Positions 35,314-44,583 of a stretch of 64,000 nucleotides of DNA are shown here, piece by piece. This DNA is from a virus. Made by a program: the position numbers and the translations under genes. The stretch covers positions 64,001-128,000 of IMG/VR virus record IMGVR_UViG_3300032242_000818. The stretch is one strand, 5' to 3'. How positions within the stretch are numbered: the stretch's first letter is position 1; each line of letters opens with the position of its first letter. The notes below the pieces were generated by a model. The model saw only the letters and a list, made by a program, of their open reading frames with translations. It was not told the DNA's origin and ran no database searches.

Positions 35314-36500
35314 ATGAAACCTACCTTTCTTTCTGTTGGTTTATTTGTTTGCGTATTAAAGATTTCGGCAATTGAAAATTCCAAAGAACCACTAGTGCGT
35401 TCAGGAACATTACCACCAAGTTTCTTTGCGAGTTTATCTGCATCAAGTGCTGATAGTGGTTTGAATTCAACGATGTCAAAACAACGACCTGGACGAGTTA
35501 GTGCTGAATCAATATCACGGATAGATGGCAGATTGGTAGAGAAAATCATTTTCTTACCTTTAGTTGTAACAAGACCATCACCCACATTAAGGAAACGATG
35601 CATCATTGTGTTACCATCACTTCGTGGTTTAAGGAATGCGTCACTATCTTCAAGAACCATGATACTTTCATCGCCTTCAATAAAGCGAGCAAAGAATCCA
35701 TCTTTATCTAAGATGCCTGAATCATAAGAAACAATTGCTGATGAATTTGTGTGCGCAAGTAGACCACGGATAAATGTAGTCTTACCAGTTCCAGGTGGAC
35801 CAATCAACAGCAGAATATTTGCTGACGATTCCATATAACGATCGTAGTAGTCTCCAAGAGGTTCACCATTAAGGAAAGGATACATCTCATCAACAGGAAG
35901 GCGATCACGATTCAACGGCACATTAACTGATTCACCATTGCTACCATAAACCCATTCGATATGACAAGTAACAAGATCAAATTTTGATTCAACCAACGCA
36001 ACAATTGAATCAGCAAAATCAACGTCACCATAAGCACGAACTGACGTTGTGTTACTATTAACATCGAACTTGATATAGTTATTAGTATCACGCTCAATGA
36101 TAAAACCATTAGAAGAATTGCCTTGGACGTGTAGGTCGTTCTTAAAAGTTTCTTCAGCCCATTCAGCCCAGTGTTCACGATTGCATAGAACATTAGTATC
36201 ACGATGAACAGTGCGTTCTCCTGCTTCAACACGACGCTTCAGGATCTCTGAAGTAATCAAGTCATCAAAGTCAGTAACACCTAAAAAGATTTTTTCGTTT
36301 GTTGTTTCGTTCATAATTTTATTCAAAGGTAAAACATTATCAGGAGCAAGCCAAGCGTGACTCTTAATAGTTCTAGCGATTCTTCTATTTCTTTTCCTGC
36401 GACTCGGGCGTATCGAAGGGTAACTCCGAATCGCTACTGATGACTTGTTCAAACTCGCTATGAATTGTTGTAGTGATTGACTCATTTGGATTCTCATCAT
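35310..36500 (-). CDS. AAA+ ATPase (start uncertain: 36500, 36485 or 36314)
   Basis: GPPGTGKTT, VLEDSD, STN, ALTRPGRCFD. Confidence 0.8.
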   Translation of the reverse strand: MMRIQMSQSLQQFIASLNKSSVAIRSYPSIRPSRRKRNRRIARTIKSHAWLAPDNVLPLNKIMNETTNEKIFLGVTDFDDLITSEILKRRVEAGERTVHRDTNVLCNREHWAEWAEETFKNDLHVQGNSSNGFIIERDTNNYIKFDVNSNTTSVRAYGDVDFADSIVALVESKFDLVTCHIEWVYGSNGESVNVPLNRDRLPVDEMYPFLNGEPLGDYYDRYMESSANILLLIGPPGTGKTTFIRGLLAHTNSSAIVSYDSGILDKDGFFARFIEGDESIMVLEDSDAFLKPRSDGNTMMHRFLNVGDGLVTTKGKKMIFSTNLPSIRDIDSALTRPGRCFDIVEFKPLSALDADKLAKKLGGNVPERTSGSLEFSIAEIFNTQTNKPTERKVGFI

Positions 36501-37023
36501 CTATAAATGCATTCAATGTATTTTCCATTTTCTTCTTGGCTGCTTTTTCTTTCTTGCGACCAATAAAATCATCGAATGTATTATTCTGTTGCATAAACTC
36601 AAGATAAGCATTATGGAATTCACCAGTCTCATCTTGCTCTTGTAACTCAAACATTTCAAAGGGCATGTTCTGAATCAACTTACCTTTAATATAAGATTGT
36701 TTCTTTTCTTTGGCAATGCGTCTTAGAAATGCATAGTAAATAATTTGTGTAAAATAAGCAAAAGGATTACTAGACTTTGCTGGATCAAAGTTATCAATAT
36801 ACTGAATGCAGTTTTCAATTCCATCTAAAATCATATCATCACGATACGAGTAATTAATGAAGTTGGGTTTGTATGATAAGTGCGTTGCTATCTTTAAAAT
36901 ACATTCACCAATATAATTACTAATAACTGGCTTTGGTAAACCATTCTCTTCAGCATGTTTAACTTTTTCTTTCATCTCAACGATTGCTGCGAGAAAGTCT
37001 TTATTGTTTACGTAATGAGCCAT
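36385..37023 (-). CDS. gp55: Late-transcription sigma factor
   Basis: HYVNNKDF, NFINYSY, NPFAYFTQI..AFLRRI.KEKKQ. Confidence 0.96.
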   Translation of the reverse strand: MAHYVNNKDFLAAIVEMKEKVKHAEENGLPKPVISNYIGECILKIATHLSYKPNFINYSYRDDMILDGIENCIQYIDNFDPAKSSNPFAYFTQIIYYAFLRRIAKEKKQSYIKGKLIQNMPFEMFELQEQDETGEFHNAYLEFMQQNNTFDDFIGRKKEKAAKKKMENTLNAFIDDENPNESITTTIHSEFEQVISSDSELPFDTPESQEKK

Positions 37024-37061
37024 AGCATTATTTGCTTCCTTAAAATTATCAACATATCCAT

Positions 37062-37090
37062 AGTATACCTTATGTAATGATGAAAAGCAA
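37062..37090 (-). promoter_or_regulatory. sigma70-type promoter for gp55
   Basis: TTGCTT-17 bp-TATACT. Confidence 0.65.
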
Positions 37091-37125
37091 ACTCATTTGA
37101 CTACGCATCTTGCAGTCATTTAAAT

Positions 37126-37154
37126 TTGCCTTGTGTGCCGAACAGTTGTATAAT
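37126..37154 (+). promoter_or_regulatory. Plus-strand (antisense) sigma70-type promoter
   Basis: TTGCCT-17 bp-TATAAT, divergent from the gp55 promoter. Confidence 0.55.
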
Positions 37155-37178
37155 AACCATGTCGGGTTTGATATTGAG

Positions 37179-37628
37179 TTAATGTTTAGTATCGTTTCCT
37201 TCAATGAACCAACCTTCTGGTTCTGCTTTCTCTTCTCCAAGAACTTCCTCTAGTTCTTCTCCAAAGATATTCGCCAGCATCTTAATTCTCTTTCTGGCTT
37301 CTTCTGCAGTAATTCTTTCTGCTTCTTGGACTTCCCCCTCTGCATTATGTTGCATAACAATTTTTTGATAGTGGGGAATCATAATCTCTTTCATTCGCTT
37401 AACAAAGATTATATTCTTTTTATCTATATCAAAAACATTATCATCAGTAAATTGGCAATAAGGGTGGGCAGTTATATGCTCTTTACCTTCATTTATTATA
37501 GGAATCGTTTTGATTATCATTGGATCTAAGATTTGCATGTGAGTTGCGTCTTCTTGCTCCAACACACACATAAGTTGTTCACCAGTAGTAAGTTTCATAA
37601 TAATATAAGATTCGTTACCAGTTAACAT
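37179..37628 (-). CDS. Conserved T4-like hypothetical protein (Sm-like)
   Basis: KLTTGEQL motif; position between uvsW and gp55. Confidence 0.6.
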   Translation of the reverse strand: MLTGNESYIIMKLTTGEQLMCVLEQEDATHMQILDPMIIKTIPIINEGKEHITAHPYCQFTDDNVFDIDKKNIIFVKRMKEIMIPHYQKIVMQHNAEGEVQEAERITAEEARKRIKMLANIFGEELEEVLGEEKAEPEGWFIEGNDTKH

Positions 37629-39097
37629 AAGTCTACCTCAACCAGTTTAATTTTAAATTCTTCTTCAGCATAAGTTTTATATCGCTCAGCTGCATGATTT
37701 AAAGTATGATTCTTCCATGATTTCCAATGCAGGTCATCAGCGAGGTCAAATAGATTACAAGTAGTTTTACCATCTTTCAAACGCAACCCACGACCAATAC
37801 TTTGTAAGTTACGAATTTTACTTTTAGATGGCGACGCAAAAATAACATTCTCTAAAGAAGGTATATTAATACCAGTAGAGAAAGTTCCGAAAGAAGCAAT
37901 AATAATAGCATCTGATTCGCCTTCAGTTATATGACGAATTGCTTCTCTATCTGTAGTCTCAGTTCCACCATAAACAAAGAAAACTTTTCTTTTATCATGG
38001 ACTTTATTTTTAATAAGTTCGTAAAGAACTTTACCGTGCTTTTCAACGTATTGAAAAAGGACTAGCGTATTACCTTTAGAATTTACTGCCAAGTTTCGGA
38101 TAAATTTATTTCTTGGTTCACAAGAAACTAGCCAATCCATTTCTTCTTGGTACGTTTTATTTTTACGCTCTTTACGAATTTCTTCATTATACTTTAATAG
38201 TACACACATTATATTTAGTTCAGCAAGTTTCCCACTATCCATTAACTTCTTGGTAGTAGTAACTCTATGCACTGGACCAAACATACCTTCAAGCACTAAT
38301 TTATGGATCTTCTTATTATCTAATGTTCCCGTGGTGCCAATGCGGTAGCGGATCTTATCCATCTTTTCCATAACTGTGGTAAGAGACTTTGCTTTAAATT
38401 GATGCGCTTCATCACCAAAAACAACATTGAATTGAGCAAACCAAGATTTAGGTTGTAGATAAACCGATTGCCAAGTTGTAATTAAAACTTCTTTGGTAAA
38501 GTCTTTAGAGAATCCTGCATATAATTTTTGACAGTGTTCCTGTGTTGACCAACCATTTACCTTTGAGTAATCTTCAAAGTCAGTATATAATTGTTCAACC
38601 AGTGAAGTTGTTGGCACTATAATAATACATTTACGTCCTTCGCTTAAATGCCAACGCATAATAGAATAAATGATAAATGACTTACCAGAAGCAGTTGGTG
38701 ATAATAAAAGTGTGCGTTCTTTAGATAAAGCAGTTGTCATTGCTTCTATTTGATAATCGCGAATCTCAATTTTTTCTGGTAACTCTAATACCTTTACAAA
38801 CTCTTCTAAATCAGAAGTTGTTAAAACATTAATATTTGATACAGTATTTACATATTCAACAGCATAACCATTAGTTGTTGCAAAATGTTCAACGTAAGAA
38901 ACTAAACCAAGATAAAGTGTTTTACGTATACCATCGTATAAGCGAACCTTACCATCCCAAAGACGTGCTCTAAACTGAGGTGTAAACCTAGCACCTGGAT
39001 ATTCATATGTAAAGAAGTCTGCTAGTTCTTTCTCAACGCTTGGGTCAGAAAATACACGAACATAAACTTCATCAAGTTTTTCAATTTTTAAAATCAT
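37622..39097 (-). CDS. uvsW: SF2 RNA-DNA/DNA helicase
   Basis: PTASGKS, DEAH, TGT, QSIGRGLR. Confidence 0.96.
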   Translation of the reverse strand: MILKIEKLDEVYVRVFSDPSVEKELADFFTYEYPGARFTPQFRARLWDGKVRLYDGIRKTLYLGLVSYVEHFATTNGYAVEYVNTVSNINVLTTSDLEEFVKVLELPEKIEIRDYQIEAMTTALSKERTLLLSPTASGKSFIIYSIMRWHLSEGRKCIIIVPTTSLVEQLYTDFEDYSKVNGWSTQEHCQKLYAGFSKDFTKEVLITTWQSVYLQPKSWFAQFNVVFGDEAHQFKAKSLTTVMEKMDKIRYRIGTTGTLDNKKIHKLVLEGMFGPVHRVTTTKKLMDSGKLAELNIMCVLLKYNEEIRKERKNKTYQEEMDWLVSCEPRNKFIRNLAVNSKGNTLVLFQYVEKHGKVLYELIKNKVHDKRKVFFVYGGTETTDREAIRHITEGESDAIIIASFGTFSTGINIPSLENVIFASPSKSKIRNLQSIGRGLRLKDGKTTCNLFDLADDLHWKSWKNHTLNHAAERYKTYAEEEFKIKLVEVDLC

Positions 39098-39534
39098 CAC
39101 ATTCCAGCGAGGAACTTCTTCCATTCAACAGCAGTTTTAATCTGCCAGTCTCTTGCTTTAATTTGACCAAGAACTGACTCAAGGAAATATATCATTGTTT
39201 CTAGATAATCAATTTTTATCTTTAAGGTATTTAGTTCAGTATCTCCCTGTAGAAATTCATCCATTTCATTCTTTAATGGCTTAACACCTTGCCATTGTTC
39301 CCATCCAAGTGTTGTTAATTCTTCTCGTGATAATTCACCACGATACAAACGAAATTTATTTTTACGAAGGATGTTACAGTCAGAACTCAACTTAGTATGT
39401 TTGAGTTTGACATTGACAAGTAGTTTTAAATACTTAGCGTGGAGTTTGGGGGTTGCTGTGGTTGTTTCACCAAGATAGTTATCATCTATCTGGCAATCAA
39501 CATCCCACATATCTTGCAATTGTTCTATATTCAT
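39097..39534 (-). CDS. uvsY: Recombination mediator
   Basis: PKLHAKYL...IKTAVEWKKFLAG; synteny. Confidence 0.92.
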   Translation of the reverse strand: MNIEQLQDMWDVDCQIDDNYLGETTTATPKLHAKYLKLLVNVKLKHTKLSSDCNILRKNKFRLYRGELSREELTTLGWEQWQGVKPLKNEMDEFLQGDTELNTLKIKIDYLETMIYFLESVLGQIKARDWQIKTAVEWKKFLAGM

Positions 39535-39551
39535 AATAACCTCAAAATAAC

Positions 39552-39580
39552 ATTATACTACGAATCTGCAAAAAAGTCAA
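39552..39580 (-). promoter_or_regulatory. sigma70-type promoter for uvsY
   Basis: TTGACT-17 bp-TATAAT. Confidence 0.75.
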
Positions 39581-39585
39581 ATTAA

Positions 39586-40104
39586 TTATGCAAACTTGTA
39601 GTGTCCAAATTTAAATGTAGCACTACCAACCATGTAAGAAACATCATTGTTAGTAGAAGCAAATGTAAGAGTCTCTAGAGATGTTGGGAATAAATCATAA
39701 AATGTAACACTTCTAATAGGATTATTATTAGAATCAAGAATTTGCAAAATACCATCAGAATAGTTTTTTGCCAATTCATCATATTGAACATTGTCACCAG
39801 AAAGTAATGTTGTATACTGTTGATATGATTCAGGGAAACCTAAAGCAACAATCCAGTTATAGATGATGTTATAATTCAACATTTGTTCATCAATTAAGAA
39901 TTGAACTTGCAATGGTTCATACGAAAGCGTATCTCCAGGCAATGGTTGCGTAGAGAATGGGGTTGAAAAACTTGGATCACCTAATGTAAGCCCAGGAAGA
40001 CTTGCTTGCTGACAAAAGAATGTAACATTCGGAACCTTAGATATACTAAAGTTAAACCCATTAGGCGATAATGGGTTTAATCCAGCTGGAATAGAAATTG
40101 TCAT
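39586..40104 (-). CDS. gp3: Tail completion / tube terminator protein
   Basis: NPLSPNGF, FFCQ.ASLPG, FLIDE..NY, FPTSL. Confidence 0.85.
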   Translation of the reverse strand: MTISIPAGLNPLSPNGFNFSISKVPNVTFFCQQASLPGLTLGDPSFSTPFSTQPLPGDTLSYEPLQVQFLIDEQMLNYNIIYNWIVALGFPESYQQYTTLLSGDNVQYDELAKNYSDGILQILDSNNNPIRSVTFYDLFPTSLETLTFASTNNDVSYMVGSATFKFGHYKFA

Positions 40105-40244
40105 TATTTTTGTTGCGCAGAAGCTGCAATATCAGAATCAGGATTATTTTGATTGTGCTCTTCAGTATCAACAGTATGGTGCTCATCCCCTTCTGGTGGG
40201 GTTAATGGTGTTAATTCTGCTGCAGGTTTTGTTGAAATTGGCAT
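40104..40244 (-). CDS. Small acidic late peptide (46 aa)
   Basis: Manual translation MPISTKPAAELTPLTPPEGDEHH...; AGGAG SD, TAATG overlap with gp3, CTAAATA at 40274-40280. Confidence 0.55.
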   Translation of the reverse strand: MPISTKPAAELTPLTPPEGDEHHTVDTEEHNQNNPDSDIAASAQQK

Positions 40245-40284
40245 TTTAAACTCCTTTGAGTAGGTTATTTTATTATTTAGGAAG

Positions 40285-40313
40285 AAAAAAAGGGGAACCG
40301 AAGTCCCCCTTTT
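40285..40313 (-). terminator. Rho-independent terminator after gp23
   Basis: GGGGGAC-UUCG-GUUCCCC stem followed by a U7 tract. Confidence 0.85.
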
Positions 40314-40353
40314 AAATACCGCTTCTATGTCGGCTTAGTAGCCAACTCGATGA

Positions 40354-41634
40354 TTACATCAAGTTAGTAACTTTTACGCGACGGTAGTAGTAGTTCTCGT
40401 TAGCAGTTAGACCGCCAGTACCATCCAATGAAACGAATGGGTTAGCAACCATGCCATAACGAGTCTTGAAACCAATCTTTGGTTGGAAGCTGTTAGGATC
40501 AACAGCACGAACCATTTGTAGAGGTACGTATGGGCAGTAGAACAAACCAGCGTCAAAAGCTGATTGACCTTTGTAACCAACTACGAAGAATTGGTTAGCA
40601 GACACGTTTGCAGAATATGGATCAACATAAACTTTATACTTGCCATTTAGAACACCAGCGAAAGTAGTGCTTGTATCATCAACAGTTAGATTGTTCTTTC
40701 CAGATAGACCAGATTGATAATCCAACACACCAGCCATTGCTAGAGCAGAAGCAACGTCAGCTGAAGTGATGATAAAGTTACCACGACCACGACGAGTTTG
40801 TTGACCGATAGCATTGGCTTCACGTTCGATTTGGAACATTAGACCTTTGAATTTCTCAACAGACCAACGACCATTAGAGTCAACGTCTAGGTCAAAAGTA
40901 CCAGCAGTAGCAGTACCAACTTGAGCACCTGGCTTAGCAGTAGTGTAAACTGTACGAACAACTTCACGGTTGATCTCAGCAAGAATCTCAGTAGAAAGAA
41001 TGTTGCTTAGTTCGCCTTCAGCGTCAAGACCATGAACAGCCTTCAAGTCTTGTGCTAGTTCAACTGAGTATTCAGCTTTCAAAGCACGAGTCTTAGCAGT
41101 TACAGAAGTCTTTTCGATTGAGAAAGCCATTTGACCGAAAGAACCGTCACCAGTTCCGCCTTGGCCAAGACGTTCAGCTGCAGCAGTAGTAATACCAGTA
41201 CCAGTAGTTACGTCACCACCAGCAACAGTACCACCTTGAGTACCAGTACCAGCCTTAGTAGTATCGGCTTCGTTGAACAATGCCTCAGTACCACCTTGTG
41301 TAGAGTAGCGTGACTTCATTGCGAAAATCAAGCCAGTTGGCTGAGTCATTGGTTGTACACCAGCGATATCATAAGCGATAAGTTGTGGCATTGCACGACG
41401 TACCAATGAGATCAATACTGGGTCAAACTTAGCGATACCGCCAGTGTCACCATAAGAGCCAACAGCGTTAGTAGGAGCAGCTTCGAAAAGTGCTTCTTGT
41501 TGTTTGCCCATTTCGCGTTCTTGGTTTTCTAGAAGAACGGCAGTTACTTCACGCTTGTATGCGCTGTCGATTGGAGCAGAGCCTTCGTGATTTAACACTG
41601 GTGCCCATTTTTCCATTAATTGTTTGCGATCCAT
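40354..41634 (-). CDS. gp23: Major capsid protein
   Basis: LENQE, GVQPM..PTGLIFAM, ELAQDLKAVHG, FQPKIGFKTRY. Confidence 0.98.
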   Translation of the reverse strand: MDRKQLMEKWAPVLNHEGSAPIDSAYKREVTAVLLENQEREMGKQQEALFEAAPTNAVGSYGDTGGIAKFDPVLISLVRRAMPQLIAYDIAGVQPMTQPTGLIFAMKSRYSTQGGTEALFNEADTTKAGTGTQGGTVAGGDVTTGTGITTAAAERLGQGGTGDGSFGQMAFSIEKTSVTAKTRALKAEYSVELAQDLKAVHGLDAEGELSNILSTEILAEINREVVRTVYTTAKPGAQVGTATAGTFDLDVDSNGRWSVEKFKGLMFQIEREANAIGQQTRRGRGNFIITSADVASALAMAGVLDYQSGLSGKNNLTVDDTSTTFAGVLNGKYKVYVDPYSANVSANQFFVVGYKGQSAFDAGLFYCPYVPLQMVRAVDPNSFQPKIGFKTRYGMVANPFVSLDGTGGLTANENYYYRRVKVTNLM

Positions 41635-41655
41635 TTTGGATTTCCTTTTAAAAAT

Positions 41656-42675
41656 TTATTTGTTGTTGAGTACTGATAGGTATGCAGACATTTTAGCATC
41701 TACAACTTTTGATCCAGCTTCAGTGATAACTTCAACTGGAGTATCAGTTACAACAGATGTTACACCTGATGTAGTTTTAGTAGTGAAATAAGATTCACGT
41801 AAAGTCTTGACTTTAGTTTCATAAGTTTCAGCGTCTTCGAAAGCAACTTCAGCAACTAGACCAGCAAACTTTTCAGCTTCTGTATCAGTCAAACCTTCGC
41901 TAACTGTCTTAACAACTTCGCTTCGTTTTGCTTCATTGATAGATTTTGTCAATTCAATGTTAGCAGCAACTTGTTCATCAATCTTAGATTTAAGTGCACT
42001 GATCTGGTCTTCCATGTCGCCAAGTAGGTCATACTTTTCTTCAGGAACATCAATATAGTGTTCTTCGAATAGTCCTTTCAGACCATCAACGAAACTTTCT
42101 AAAATGTCAGACTTAATACCACGCTCAAGGGCAATTTCATTCTGTGTCATCCACTGCTCAGCAATATAGCCGAGGTATCCATCAACTTGCTCAACAATAC
42201 CCTCAATTTCTTCAGCAACAGTAGTAGCTACTTTTGCTTCGAACTCTTCTTCTAAACGTGCAACTTCAGCAGTTACACGGGACATAACTGCAGATTCAAA
42301 AATCGTAGCAGCTTTAGTCTTGAATTCTTCTGAAAGTTCATCAGTGCCAAACATAGCATCTAGATCTTCTTTCATACCTTTAACAGCATTACCATTACGC
42401 ACTGGCTTTTGATCACCATTGTGTGGGTTCATAGAACCAGTAGGTGCATCTTCTGCATCCTTTTCGTCAGTAACATTGTTACGTGCATTATCTGGGTTTG
42501 GTGTTTCGCCACCATTTGGTACAGCGTTACCTTGGCGAATTGGTTCTTTATCGCCACCTGCAGAATTTGCAGTAACGTCTTTTTTACCTGTTTCAGCGCC
42601 AGCCAATTTGGCTTCGTCTAATTGCTTTGCTTTAGACTCTGCTAAAATTTCAGCGATTTTTTGTTCGATTGACAT
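41656..42675 (-). CDS. gp22: Prohead core scaffold protein
   Basis: LSEEFKTKAATIFESAV, acidic coiled coil; synteny. Confidence 0.9.
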   Translation of the reverse strand: MSIEQKIAEILAESKAKQLDEAKLAGAETGKKDVTANSAGGDKEPIRQGNAVPNGGETPNPDNARNNVTDEKDAEDAPTGSMNPHNGDQKPVRNGNAVKGMKEDLDAMFGTDELSEEFKTKAATIFESAVMSRVTAEVARLEEEFEAKVATTVAEEIEGIVEQVDGYLGYIAEQWMTQNEIALERGIKSDILESFVDGLKGLFEEHYIDVPEEKYDLLGDMEDQISALKSKIDEQVAANIELTKSINEAKRSEVVKTVSEGLTDTEAEKFAGLVAEVAFEDAETYETKVKTLRESYFTTKTTSGVTSVVTDTPVEVITEAGSKVVDAKMSAYLSVLNNK

Positions 42676-42703
42676 CTTTGTTCTCCTAACTGGATAGTTC
42701 TGT

Positions 42704-42710
42704 TATTTAT
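42704..42710 (-). promoter_or_regulatory. Late promoter (ATAAATA)
   Basis: Intergenic, upstream of gp22. Confidence 0.55.
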
Positions 42711-42717
42711 TTATTAA

Positions 42718-43371
42718 TTATCTGATTTTACTCAGAAAGTGTTGGAAAGCCTTAATCTTTGCTTCCTCTAGATTTCTAGAAGAAGTTTTCTTAATGAAAG
42801 ATTTTACCTCTTCAATGTTTTGTTCCACAAACTTTCCATCAACAAATGTCCATTCCTTACCTTCCATAATGCCACGTACGTAAGCATCAGGGGCTGAAGG
42901 ATCAGCAACGATATCAGCTGCAGTAGACAGCATGAAGTCGTCTTGAACAACTTGTACACCTTCGTTATTAGTCTTAAGTGAACCCATTGCTCTTGAAGAA
43001 ACACCAAGGTTTGCGCCACCTTCTAAAAGACCTCTAGCGATTTGACCCATTGGAGTTTCTAAAATCTTGGCACGACCAATATAGTTCGTACCTTCTTTGC
43101 GTAAAGAAGTAATCATATGTGATACACGATCAAGATTAATACCTGGACCTTCTGGGTGACCAAGTTCACCATATGCGCGATTATTCTCTACAGCTTCTTT
43201 AATGTAACGACCAACTTCACGATCCATTGTACTTTCTTTATACATGCGACCATTGCGGTTAGTAATTTCTGATTGAAGGAAAACACCTTCAATAAAATAT
43301 TGCTTTGGCTTACCTAATTTCTCTTCAACGATTATATTAGTAGTATCAAAGACTTCTCTAATTAGTTTCAT
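42718..43371 (-). CDS. gp21: Prohead protease
   Basis: NRNGRMY, GELGHP, GVSSRAMGS, DIVADPSAP. Confidence 0.96.
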   Translation of the reverse strand: MKLIREVFDTTNIIVEEKLGKPKQYFIEGVFLQSEITNRNGRMYKESTMDREVGRYIKEAVENNRAYGELGHPEGPGINLDRVSHMITSLRKEGTNYIGRAKILETPMGQIARGLLEGGANLGVSSRAMGSLKTNNEGVQVVQDDFMLSTAADIVADPSAPDAYVRGIMEGKEWTFVDGKFVEQNIEEVKSFIKKTSSRNLEEAKIKAFQHFLSKIR

Positions 43372-43373
43372 AG

Positions 43374-43838
43374 TTAGACCTTATCTGGAGAACCACTAAC
43401 AGTGGTAGAAGCACCAACACGAGTAACGTCGTCGTAAGCACCATAAGTAGCAGGCTCAACTTTAGTATCCCAACCAGCTAATTTACGTAGAACTAGATAA
43501 CCAGTTGACGCAGCACCTGTTGTAGTGATAACGATATTTTGAGTATTCTGAATGCCATCACTAATACCATTTTGAGTTAAATCTAATACTGGAGCATTTT
43601 CAGGCGCAGCTGCTAGAATAGAAACACCATTTCTTACAATTTGTACGCCAGAAGTTAATAAACCCATTGAAATAAACTTAACAATGTTTACTGTTGGAGT
43701 ATCAGAATTTCTTGCTTGAGTAGTAGCAGCTAGTGTAGAGATATCAATAGTTGCAGCAGTATCAGTTGAACTACCTTCATACTTAATGATAGTCTCTTGG
43801 TTAGTATTTCTAATTATTGTGGTTCTAGTAGCAGCCAT
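43374..43838 (-). CDS. Hypothetical virion protein
   Basis: Thr-rich ORF in the head gene cluster. Confidence 0.55.
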   Translation of the reverse strand: MAATRTTIIRNTNQETIIKYEGSSTDTAATIDISTLAATTQARNSDTPTVNIVKFISMGLLTSGVQIVRNGVSILAAAPENAPVLDLTQNGISDGIQNTQNIVITTTGAASTGYLVLRKLAGWDTKVEPATYGAYDDVTRVGASTTVSGSPDKV

Positions 43839-43840
43839 CT

Positions 43841-44386
43841 TTATTCCTCTATTTGTTCAAGCACATGAAAGAAGTTCTCTTTTGACTCTCTCATATACTC
43901 GACTATTTCTTTTTGATTATTCAATAACTTATTTAGGATATCTTGCGTATCTTCATTTATTGCAACAGTAGAGTTGTCTGCAAGAATATAATGTAATTTA
44001 CCTTCAACGATTCTATCAAGTTTATTCAAAGAACGAATTTTATGAACGACTGGATCAACACTAAACATATTTGAAGAAGCAAGTTCTACGTATGATTCTA
44101 TTAATGTATCAGTAACTTTAATATCGTGATGTTCTTTAATAATACTAGCCACTGTATGTTCTGAAATTTCTTGATAAGTGTCTTTTGCTATTTTATCAGC
44201 CAGTTGATGTGTATCGTAATTTTCTTTAATATATTTTCTTGCTTCTTCAATCGTTTTAAATTTAGCGTCTAAACCATTAATTAAAATCTTACCTTCGTCA
44301 GTTTTTTCAATTAACTGGCGATAAGATCTAACACTTTCAACAATGTTAGATTTTTTAAGAAAAGATTTTAATTCGTAGTATTTCAT
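43841..44386 (-). CDS. Hypothetical prohead-region protein
   Basis: Located between gp20 and gp21. Confidence 0.55.
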   Translation of the reverse strand: MKYYELKSFLKKSNIVESVRSYRQLIEKTDEGKILINGLDAKFKTIEEARKYIKENYDTHQLADKIAKDTYQEISEHTVASIIKEHHDIKVTDTLIESYVELASSNMFSVDPVVHKIRSLNKLDRIVEGKLHYILADNSTVAINEDTQDILNKLLNNQKEIVEYMRESKENFFHVLEQIEE

Positions 44387-44574
44387 TCTTCTGAATTATT
44401 TGGCTCTTCAACTGTTATATCTGGTTGTTTAAACATGCTTTGTGCAACAGCAGTATGCATGTCTTCTAAACGTGCTGCAATTTTTTCAGCCATAGCTGCA
44501 TTAAAAGCATCTTCAATTCCAGTAGCATCTTTATTGACAATTGCTGAAACTAAATCTAAAGTATGTTCACTCAT
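44383..44574 (-). CDS. gp67-like prohead core protein
   Basis: Small acidic ORF right after portal; FNAAMAEKIAARLE. Confidence 0.6.
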   Translation of the reverse strand: MSEHTLDLVSAIVNKDATGIEDAFNAAMAEKIAARLEDMHTAVAQSMFKQPDITVEEPNNSEE

Positions 44575-44583
44575 AATATCTCC

